A stretch of DNA of 64,000 bases from Spirochaetia bacterium (GTDB lineage Bacteria; Spirochaetota; Spirochaetia; DSM-2461): NCBI GenBank assembly GCA_963666985.2, contig CAXXIA010000002.1:1504001-1568000 (forward strand), given 5' to 3'. Below the pieces are notes generated by a model that was not told where the DNA came from, did not search any database, and saw nothing but the letters and a program-made list of their open reading frames with translations. Both the position numbers and the translations under genes were made by a program. Numbering within the stretch: the first letter of the stretch is position 1; the number at the start of each line of letters is the position of its first letter. Of this stretch, positions 9,125-16,615 are shown in pieces.

Positions 9125-10606
9125 ATGCCGAATCAAAAAGTCGTCGAGAAAATCAAGCAATCGGTCAGGACGTCGGCTCCCCTGACGGTGACGACGTATA
9201 AACTGCCCCATGAAACCGAAGAACAAATAGACGAGATTTTGGGCGCTTATCTGGACGAACTCGGACAAAGCGGCTTGAAGGATCACCTCTCCTACTGCCT
9301 CAAAGAATTGGCGGTAAACGCGAAAAAAGCCAACACGAAAAGAGTTTACTTCGAAGAGAAACAACTGAATTTGCAGAATAAAGAAGACTATACCGAAGGG
9401 ATGAGGAAATTCAAAGAAGAGACTCTCGACAACTATGATTACTGGCTGGAACTCCAAAAAAGCAAAGGCCTCTTCATTAAATTCCTCTTTCATCCGAAAG
9501 GACGCAATTTCAGAATATCCGTTAAAAACAACGTTGAAATTACCCGTAAGGAGCAAATGCGCGTCTATGATCGGATCGCACGCTCCCGCGCCTTCGAAAC
9601 ACTGGAAGAAGCGTTCGCCGAAGTTCTGGACGATTCCGAAGGCGCCGGATTGGGCATCGTTATTCTCGTACTGATGCTGCGGAAAATGGGCCTGGACGAA
9701 GACGCATATGAAATCGAGGGAGAAAACGGCATTACCACCGCGAGCATTACCGTTCCCATCAACGAAGTAAAACTCGAAAAGATGGACATGCTCATCAATC
9801 AAATCGTCGAAGAAATCGATCGGCTGCCGCAGTTCCCCGAAAACATCGTCGCCATCCAGAGGCTCATCAACGATCCCAAGAGCGAAATCGCCGATATCGC
9901 GCGCAAAATCAGCACCGACCCCTCTCTTACGGCGGACTTGCTTAAAACCGTCAACTCGGCCCAGTTCATGCTTCCCAACAAGGTGGACAACATCGTCGAC
10001 GCGGTGAAGATGCTGGGACTTCGCGGCGTGAAGAACATGCTCTTCAGCTACGGAACGGAAAAAATCTTGAATCTTCCCTTGCATCCGGAACTTTGGGATC
10101 ATGCCCATAAGGTCGCCTTCTACAGCTTCACTCTGGCCAGGCAAATCACCCGCAGCAAGGACATCATCGACGATGCCTACGTGGGCGGCGTTCTGCACGA
10201 CATAGGAAAGATCGTCTTCTCGGCGGTTCACCCCGATCTTCTTGAAAAAATTCGGAACTTCAGTTCCCAGCGCGATATCGCCCCGGCCCTCTTCGAAGAT
10301 ATATCCGCCGGGTACAACCATGCTGAAATCGGCGCGAAAATCGCCGAAAAATGGAATTTCTCCGATTCGCTGATCGAAGCCATACGCTACCACCACGAAC
10401 CGGCGATGTGCCGCCCCGAACACCGTCTTATCGTTTACTGCGTGTATCTGGGCAATGCGTTCTGCGCCTATGAATCGGGAGAAATCCATTACGAGGGATT
10501 GGATCATGCAATTCTCTCAAAATTCCGCATTACCTCCGAAGATCAATTCAAAGAAGTGCAGCACAGACTGGAAGCCGACTATTCGGCGGAAGTCGATTTG
10601 GGCTGA
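9125..10606 (+). CDS. HDOD-domain protein with N-terminal GHKL/HATPase-like domain
   Basis: C-half LPQFP, DPSLTADLLKTVNSA, LWDHA, LHDIGK, NHAEIG, RYHH; N-half ELAVNA (N box) and EGAGLG (G2 box); TTGACA at 9069. Confidence 0.85.
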   Translation: MPNQKVVEKIKQSVRTSAPLTVTTYKLPHETEEQIDEILGAYLDELGQSGLKDHLSYCLKELAVNAKKANTKRVYFEEKQLNLQNKEDYTEGMRKFKEETLDNYDYWLELQKSKGLFIKFLFHPKGRNFRISVKNNVEITRKEQMRVYDRIARSRAFETLEEAFAEVLDDSEGAGLGIVILVLMLRKMGLDEDAYEIEGENGITTASITVPINEVKLEKMDMLINQIVEEIDRLPQFPENIVAIQRLINDPKSEIADIARKISTDPSLTADLLKTVNSAQFMLPNKVDNIVDAVKMLGLRGVKNMLFSYGTEKILNLPLHPELWDHAHKVAFYSFTLARQITRSKDIIDDAYVGGVLHDIGKIVFSAVHPDLLEKIRNFSSQRDIAPALFEDISAGYNHAEIGAKIAEKWNFSDSLIEAIRYHHEPAMCRPEHRLIVYCVYLGNAFCAYESGEIHYEGLDHAILSKFRITSEDQFKEVQHRLEADYSAEVDLG

Positions 10607-10723
10607 TTTCGTCCGTTTTCGTTCTTCCAAATCCCGTCCTCTTTTCATGCTTTCTCCGAACGGATACTTGACAATCTTATAATATCTATTATTTTCTATA
10701 TAGAGTTCACAAAGGAGAACATC

Positions 10724-10954
10724 ATGGCCGTTACCATTTACACCACGCCGAGCTGCGGATACTGCAATATCGCCAAGAATTATTTTCGCCAAAACAAAGT
10801 GTCTTACACCGAATACGACGTATCCAAAGATCAGCGCAGAGCCGAGGAGATGGTCCGGAAATCCGGTCAGATGGGCGTACCCGTTATCGATATCAACGGA
10901 CGGGTTATCGTGGGATTCAATCAATCGGAAATAGAACGCAGTCTGAAGCGCTGA
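10724..10954 (+). CDS. Glutaredoxin-like (NrdH/YruB-type) redoxin
   Basis: YTTPSCGYC, SGQMGVPVI, IVGF; AAGGAG RBS; TTGACA at 10668. Confidence 0.93.
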   Translation: MAVTIYTTPSCGYCNIAKNYFRQNKVSYTEYDVSKDQRRAEEMVRKSGQMGVPVIDINGRVIVGFNQSEIERSLKR

Positions 10955-11069
10955 GGCTCCAAAAGAGCACCGGCCGCTCGTCCCGCGTTCAAATGTTTCG
11001 CCGCGCAGCCTTTCGCAGGGATCTTGAACAAGCAGGCCCGCCGAACGCTAAAGCTGAGAACGAAAACGA

Positions 11070-11891
11070 TTAGATGCGCGCGCCTTCCCGGAAACTGCGC
11101 GTCCAGGCATGAATCAGGATTCCGAAAGCCACGCCCACATTCAATGATGCTTTAAGGCCGGGCAATCCGATGCTTACGATGCCGGCGGATTTCTCGGCCC
11201 GTTCCAGCGTTCTCGGCGAAACACCCAATTCCTCCGATCCCAGCACAACGGTTCCCGCCGCGGGGAAATCGAAATCCTTGAGTTCCGCTCCTCCCAGCTC
11301 CAAAGCGAAAAGAGGTCCGGTTTCCGCCGAGGTCAACTCGTCCAAATCACGGATATCCCACGAAAGTCCGTCCGCGGCGCCCATGGAACTCCGCTTCGAA
11401 CGCGGATGATCCGGCTCGGCGCCGTCGGGAGAGGCCCACAGGTGTTCCACGCCGAAGGCCTGGCATGTCCGGAGAATGGAACCGACGTTGAACGGACTCC
11501 GCAGACCGTCCAGATAAACCCGAAAGGGGAAAAGGGCCGAACCCTCTTCCGAAGATTCATATCGTCCCCTGTCTCCCGGACTCTCCATGTCCCAATCGGC
11601 CCAATCTCGTCCCAAGGCCGCAAGCAGTGCATGCCGGAGGGAATTTATGGTTCTGATGTTCATGCCGCTCTGCGAAGAAGCTGAAAAATCATCTGCCGCC
11701 GCCGCGGCCGAGAAGCGAATATTCTCCGGCCAAGCCTCATCCTTGGCAATGAGCCGGAGCACGCCGTTCCAATAAACCGGGTCCGCATCTCCTCCGGCGG
11801 CCAGAATCCGTTCCAATTCGGCAAGAAGGGCCGCGTACTTGCGCATCCTTGTGCCTTCGGAAAGAGAGATGAGTTTTCGGAGACTTATCAT
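11070..11891 (-). CDS. TrmH/SpoU-family RNA methyltransferase
   Basis: LDGLRSPFNVGSILRT, VLGSEELGV, SLNVGVA. Confidence 0.9.
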   Translation of the reverse strand: MISLRKLISLSEGTRMRKYAALLAELERILAAGGDADPVYWNGVLRLIAKDEAWPENIRFSAAAAADDFSASSQSGMNIRTINSLRHALLAALGRDWADWDMESPGDRGRYESSEEGSALFPFRVYLDGLRSPFNVGSILRTCQAFGVEHLWASPDGAEPDHPRSKRSSMGAADGLSWDIRDLDELTSAETGPLFALELGGAELKDFDFPAAGTVVLGSEELGVSPRTLERAEKSAGIVSIGLPGLKASLNVGVAFGILIHAWTRSFREGARI

Positions 11892-11982
11892 GCTTTATAC
11901 CGGCCGAAAGAAAACGTCTGCCGCGGCGAACCGGCCGCCGATAAACCCGATAATAATCCGAAAGCGGCCGAAAACCGCTTTT

Positions 11983-13098
11983 TCATGAAGCGATTTCCAG
12001 AATGTCGCGGAATGCGGCCTCGTCCAGATCGGATCGATAGGATTTCATCATGGCGGACGCCCATTCCGCGGCGGGCATGATTTCGGAAAGGGCCGCTCCC
12101 AAATCGCGCAGTCTTCCGGGTATGCCGATTCGGCCGAAAAGGGCGCGGACATCGTCCGCGGGGCGGTTCGTGGGCTCACCTTCGGAATCGGCGAACAGCC
12201 GGGAAAATTCGGCGTTTTTAGGCGATCCGGTAAACAGAGGCGATTCCAGCATCCAGGGCAGCAGAACCGCCGAAGCGGCCGCCTTGGAAACGCCGCAGGC
12301 TCCCGCCGAGGCCCAGGAAAGAAGAGAGATAGAACCGGGCGCGGTAAGCCCCGTCGCCAAAGCGCAGAGTACGGACGCTTCGATCATCCGCAAGCGGAAT
12401 TGACGTTCCGAGGCGCTTTGCTTAACTTCCCGGAGCAGATTTTTAATGATTCCTATCGCCGAGACGGCCTGAACATCGGAAAGAAATACGGATCTCGGTG
12501 AAAGATACGATTCGGAAGCCGCCGCCAGAAGGGCGGCCAGTTCAAGGGCCGCTTCACCGGGTGAATAGCGTCCCGAAAGCGAAGCGTCCATAAGAACGGT
12601 ACGGGAAGAAGGCGCCGAAAGAGGAACCAGAATGGTCCGCGCGGAGGAAAGATCCGAGAGCAGAGCTTCGTCACGGAACAGAAGAGGATGCCGGCCCGCG
12701 GCGGGAATTTCCAAAACGGTCAGCCCGGAACCTTCCACGGGAGCGCCGGAGAGAATCGAGGAGGCCCTGAGCCGCCCCGGAGCGGCCGCCGCGGTCAGCC
12801 TGGCCAAAGAGAGGATATCTTCACCGCCGAAAGCAATAATCATCTCGGCGTGCGATCCTCTTGCCAGAGACAAGGTTTCTTCCAAAGCCGCCGAATCCGA
12901 GCAAAGGCCCTCGCGGGCGAAAAGGATCGTATCGATTCCCAAAGAATCCAGCTGTTCCTGTATGGTTTCCGACGCGAACTCCACAGCCGCGTCCGCGATC
13001 ATCAGTGCCCGCCCGCCCCAATCAACGGCCGATCCGCCGAGATTCGCTACCGAGCCAATGATAATCTTCGGCGAAAAGCGCATATTGAATTCAGCCAT
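11983..13098 (-). CDS. Iron-containing alcohol dehydrogenase-like protein (degenerate motifs)
   Basis: F-x-FSPKIIIG, IIAFGGED (normally GGGS), GIPGRLRDLG; metal-binding His residues not found. Confidence 0.7.
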   Translation of the reverse strand: MAEFNMRFSPKIIIGSVANLGGSAVDWGGRALMIADAAVEFASETIQEQLDSLGIDTILFAREGLCSDSAALEETLSLARGSHAEMIIAFGGEDILSLARLTAAAAPGRLRASSILSGAPVEGSGLTVLEIPAAGRHPLLFRDEALLSDLSSARTILVPLSAPSSRTVLMDASLSGRYSPGEAALELAALLAAASESYLSPRSVFLSDVQAVSAIGIIKNLLREVKQSASERQFRLRMIEASVLCALATGLTAPGSISLLSWASAGACGVSKAAASAVLLPWMLESPLFTGSPKNAEFSRLFADSEGEPTNRPADDVRALFGRIGIPGRLRDLGAALSEIMPAAEWASAMMKSYRSDLDEAAFRDILEIAS

Positions 13099-13109
13099 GG
13101 TTCCCTCAC

Positions 13110-13137
13110 AAAAAAGGCAGGGCATGACGCCCTGCCT
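13110..13137 (-). terminator. Rho-independent terminator after flgM
   Basis: Minus strand AGGCAGGGC-GTCAT-GCCCTGCCT followed by a T run. Confidence 0.8.
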
Positions 13138-13161
13138 CCCATTGCTCGTTTACTTGGAGTT

Positions 13162-13446
13162 TCAGACGCCGAAAACGTCCAGCAGCTTATCCGCAACCGC
13201 CCCGATAATTGTATCATTGATATAATTCGGATCCTGGAGTTTTGCCTTAACCTCCTCAACCCTGTCCATGCGGACATCGGGCGTGTCACGAACTATATCG
13301 GCGGTTTGCTGGAGTGCGGCGGACCGTCTGGCCTCTTCGGATACGGCGATTGTATCCGCGTTGGTCTGCTCGGCGACTTTAGCCGGCTTGCCGGTCTTAT
13401 TGTACTTCGCGACCGGATCTACCGGTCCCAGCCTATCAATGGTCAT
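13162..13446 (-). CDS. flgM: Anti-sigma-28 factor FlgM
   Basis: DTIAVSEEAR, PDVRMDRVEEVKAKLQ-x-PNY, VADKLL; GAGGAG RBS; sigma-28 promoter upstream. Confidence 0.88.
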   Translation of the reverse strand: MTIDRLGPVDPVAKYNKTGKPAKVAEQTNADTIAVSEEARRSAALQQTADIVRDTPDVRMDRVEEVKAKLQDPNYINDTIIGAVADKLLDVFGV

Positions 13447-13474
13447 ATTCACTCCTCACTCCGATTCACTATTA

Positions 13475-13500
13475 ATATCGGCAATGACCCTATAATTTTA
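13475..13500 (-). promoter_or_regulatory. Sigma-28 (FliA/SigD) promoter of flgM
   Basis: Minus strand TAAA-N14-GCCGATAT; -10 matches the consensus exactly. Confidence 0.8.
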
Positions 13501-13546
13501 ACCGGCCTCGATTCAAAAAGCGAAAGAATCAGATAAAAAACAACAA

Positions 13547-14221
13547 TCAGCCGGCTCCCACCAAGAGGGTGAATTCGCCTTTTAGGGTACCTCGTGATTG
13601 CAAAACGGCCAAGACCTCATCGGCCGTTCCCGAGATAAATTCTTCGAATTTCTTCGTTATTTCTCTTCCCAGGAGCATTTTACGCTGTGAATCAAGCTCT
13701 CGAAGCTCCTCCAGAAGCTTCATTATCCTGAACGGAGACTCATAAAGAACGAAAATTCGCTCCAAAGAAAGAAGTTCTTCCAGACGATTTCGGCGGCGGC
13801 CGGCCTTCGGAGAGAGAAATCCTTCAAAAATGAAGCCTTTTCCGGCCGTTCCGGCGATACTGACGATGGTCGTAACGGCGGAAGCACCCGGCAGGGGCAC
13901 CACGTTATGGCCCGCGTCTCGAACGGCCGCGGCCAAACGGCTTCCCGGATCGCTCACACCCGGCGTGCCGGCGTCCGAAACATAAGCGACGTCTTGGCCC
14001 TTTTCCAAAAGCATGACAATGCCCTTGGAGCTCGCCTCTTCATTGCGGGCCCGGCAGCTGATAAGCGTTTGGGGAGAAATATCATACCGATCGAGCAGTT
14101 TCCTGGTCTGCCTGGTATCCTCGGCCGCGATAACCGGAACTTCTCCGAGAACGCGGACGGCCCGATAGGTAATGTCCTCAAGGTTGCCGATAGGCGTTGC
14201 GACGACGTAAAGTGTTGCCAT
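13547..14221 (-). CDS. rsmI: 16S rRNA C1402 2'-O-methyltransferase
   Basis: LYVVATPIGNLEDIT, AAEDTR, VSDAGTPGVSDPG, YESP, GREITKKFEE, KGEF. Confidence 0.96.
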   Translation of the reverse strand: MATLYVVATPIGNLEDITYRAVRVLGEVPVIAAEDTRQTRKLLDRYDISPQTLISCRARNEEASSKGIVMLLEKGQDVAYVSDAGTPGVSDPGSRLAAAVRDAGHNVVPLPGASAVTTIVSIAGTAGKGFIFEGFLSPKAGRRRNRLEELLSLERIFVLYESPFRIMKLLEELRELDSQRKMLLGREITKKFEEFISGTADEVLAVLQSRGTLKGEFTLLVGAG

Positions 14222-14304
14222 GGAAATGAGTATACGCCATTCGGCGTCTTTTTATCTCGTCCCGCATTTTACAGATACCGCATCGTCCGAAAAACGGCTT
14301 CTCA

Positions 14305-14332
14305 TTGACCTCGCTCAAAGGCCGATTATAAT
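14305..14332 (+). promoter_or_regulatory. Sigma-70-type promoter of the Fur-family gene
   Basis: TTGACC-N16-TATAAT, 8 nt before the ATG. Confidence 0.7.
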
Positions 14333-14340
14333 GAAATTAC

Positions 14341-14739
14341 ATGACTCCCGATGCAGTGAAACATAGAAAAAGCCGGATTCGTTTGGAAATTTTGGATTAC
14401 CTTCAACAAACCGACACTCACCCGACGGCCGAAGAAATATACCTTGAAATCAGACGGAACCACCCCAGCGCCAGTTACGCAACCGTTTACAGGAACTTGA
14501 ACATCCTCGTTGATCAGGGCGAAGTTAAGCGAATCGAATCCTCAAGAAGCAAAGACCGCTTCGACGCACGTCTTCATTTTCACGCTCATTTCCACTGCGA
14601 TGCCTGCGGTGCTCTTTTCGATATTCCGTTCGATATCGAAAAAAGAACTCGGGATATTGAAGTACGAACCGGCCATCGAATGAACAGCTGCAGCGTTGAA
14701 TACCACGGCATCTGCGCCGCATGTCTCCGAAAATCCTAA
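14341..14739 (+). CDS. Fur-family (PerR-like) transcriptional repressor
   Basis: HPTAEEIY, SYATVYRNL, HAHFHCDACG, YHGICAAC. Confidence 0.92.
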   Translation: MTPDAVKHRKSRIRLEILDYLQQTDTHPTAEEIYLEIRRNHPSASYATVYRNLNILVDQGEVKRIESSRSKDRFDARLHFHAHFHCDACGALFDIPFDIEKRTRDIEVRTGHRMNSCSVEYHGICAACLRKS

Positions 14740-14755
14740 AGGGCGTTCGAAAAAC

Positions 14756-15190
14756 ATGTCCGTCGAAATCCTCGTCGCATTAATTCTTATCCTGCTTCTG
14801 GGTGTTCTGGTAATTCTGATTTGGGGATGGAAGGCCGGCGAGAAAAGCGTTTCGAAAGATGCGGTAAACGGCGCGGATTGGGAGTTCGAAGAATCTCCGA
14901 GCGGTACCCAATGTCCTCTATGCGGGGAATTTCTTCCCAGGGGGATGCGCGTCCATTCGGTTGTGTATCCGGGAAGGGAATTCGATTTGATGCGCATCTA
15001 CGGCTGTCCGAATTGCCGTTCGGACGGCCCCGGGAACGCCGATCGGGTTCTTCGAAAACGGTATTGTCCCTACTGCGGCGAAAAATTGCCGGCGGACGGC
15101 TACGTGATGGCGCAAGTCTACAGGAAGCCTTACAAAAAACCTCACGTGCATGTGTACGGGTGTACGGTCTGCAAGCCGGGCCGGGGCTGA
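14756..15190 (+). CDS. Membrane-anchored hypothetical protein with four CxxC motifs
   Basis: N-terminal TM helix; CPLC, CPNC, CPYC, CTVC. Confidence 0.75.
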   Translation: MSVEILVALILILLLGVLVILIWGWKAGEKSVSKDAVNGADWEFEESPSGTQCPLCGEFLPRGMRVHSVVYPGREFDLMRIYGCPNCRSDGPGNADRVLRKRYCPYCGEKLPADGYVMAQVYRKPYKKPHVHVYGCTVCKPGRG

Positions 15191-15277
15191 CCCACAAGGG
15201 CTGACCCACAAGGGCTGACCCACAAGGGCTGACCCACAAGGGCTGACCCACAAGGGCTGACCCACAAGGGCTGACCC
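15184..15277. repeat. Tandem repeat (GGGCTGACCCACAA) x6 plus a 10-nt partial unit
   Basis: Perfect 14-bp units starting at 15184, 15198, 15212, 15226, 15240, 15254 and partial at 15268. Confidence 0.98.
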
Positions 15278-15322
15278 GAAAGCCGATTCTCGCCGGCAGC
15301 ACGAACCTGTATGCTAAGAAAC

Positions 15323-15940
15323 ATGGAATCACTGCCCCGGCGCCTTTTCGGTCTCTTTATTTCCTATCTTAAAATCGCCGCGTCCACTCTGGGCGGCGGA
15401 ATGGCGATGCTCCCTGTGATGGAGGAAGAATTCGTTGAGAAGCGGCACTGGCTGACCTCCGAAGACTTCCTGGACGTCGTAACCCTGATCAACGCACTGC
15501 CCGGAGTCATCGCCATCAACTCATCCCTGGTTATCGGAAGCAAAGTGGCCGGTGCGGCCGGTGCGGCCGTCGCCTGCATCGGGGGGTTGATTCCTTCCGT
15601 CGCCGTTATTCTGCTCCTGGCGCCCCTGATTTCCCTCATCCGGAACGCCCCCGCGGCGATTGCGGCATTCACCTCGGTCAGAGCGGCCGTGGCGGCCCTT
15701 ATCCTTCTGCTCATCATCAGGCAGGGGAAAAAACTCAACGCGGGATTAAAGGAATGGGCGTTTGCGTTGACGGCGCTGGCCGCGGTCCGTATCGTGGGAA
15801 TCCACCCCATCATCATTATCCCCGCGGCCGGGATTCTCGGATTCTTCGTATTCCGCGGCGATGATTCCGGCTCTCCGGAAGAAGATTCGGCACGGCTTAA
15901 TCCTCAAAAAACGCTTCCTCGGAAAAGGCGGCGGCGATGA
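15323..15940 (+). CDS. Short-chain chromate transporter (CHR family), first subunit
   Basis: STLGGGMAM, FVEKRHWLT, LPGVIAIN; start taken at MESLP (alternative 15311). Confidence 0.9.
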   Translation: MESLPRRLFGLFISYLKIAASTLGGGMAMLPVMEEEFVEKRHWLTSEDFLDVVTLINALPGVIAINSSLVIGSKVAGAAGAAVACIGGLIPSVAVILLLAPLISLIRNAPAAIAAFTSVRAAVAALILLLIIRQGKKLNAGLKEWAFALTALAAVRIVGIHPIIIIPAAGILGFFVFRGDDSGSPEEDSARLNPQKTLPRKRRRR

Positions 15941-16530
15941 TTCTCTGGGAACTCTTCGGTGTTTTCGCGCGCATCGGCGCGGTTACCTTCGGCGGCGGTT
16001 ATGCGATGGTCTCGCTGATTGAGCGGGAGATAACCGACCGGATGTGGCTCACAACGGCCGAATTCGCCGATATCGTCGCCGTAAGTCAGATGACTCCGGG
16101 CCCTCTGGCCCTGAACGTGGCCACTTATGTGGGAAGACAGACGGCGGGCGTTCCCGGCGCATTGGTTGCCTCATTTGGGCTGGCCGCTCCCGCCGCCGTC
16201 ATCATCGCTCTCGCCCTCTTGGTGGTCCGATCGGGTAGAAAAACAGCCTGGATTGGAGCGGCTGTTCGCGGTATCCGCGCCGCCGCATTGGGTCTGATAG
16301 GCACGGCGATTCTTTTCTTCCTGGAAAGCTCCGTAATCCAAGGACTGCCGGACGGACCGATCTGGTCGAAATCCGGCGGCGCATCGGGCCCTTTGGAGTT
16401 TTCCGCGACGGCGGCCGCGGTTTTCGCCGTTACGCTTTTTGCGGCGCATCGTTTTAAACTGGGGCCGATTCGCGTTATTCTCGGAGCGGCCGTTTTGGGT
16501 TTAATCGCCTATGCGGCCGGATTACCCTAA
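15937..16530 (+). CDS. Short-chain chromate transporter (CHR family), second subunit
   Basis: TFGGGYAM, SQMTPGP, ATYVG; ATGA overlap with the previous gene. Confidence 0.92.
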   Translation: MILWELFGVFARIGAVTFGGGYAMVSLIEREITDRMWLTTAEFADIVAVSQMTPGPLALNVATYVGRQTAGVPGALVASFGLAAPAAVIIALALLVVRSGRKTAWIGAAVRGIRAAALGLIGTAILFFLESSVIQGLPDGPIWSKSGGASGPLEFSATAAAVFAVTLFAAHRFKLGPIRVILGAAVLGLIAYAAGLP

Positions 16531-16615
16531 GCTTTTTTCAATAAAGCCTCTTGAAATTCCAATAAATATACCGGCGCCTGTGGCGATAGGGTCAAATAGT
16601 ATGTAATGTAGACCT

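Noticed and set aside
6529..10507. Long minus-strand ORFs (441, 375, 461 aa)
   Set aside because: Antisense shadows of the Lon-like and HDOD genes, expected in GC-rich DNA; no motifs
15184..15277. Possible CRISPR array
   Set aside because: Units are 14 bp, contiguous and have no spacers; no cas genes in the window
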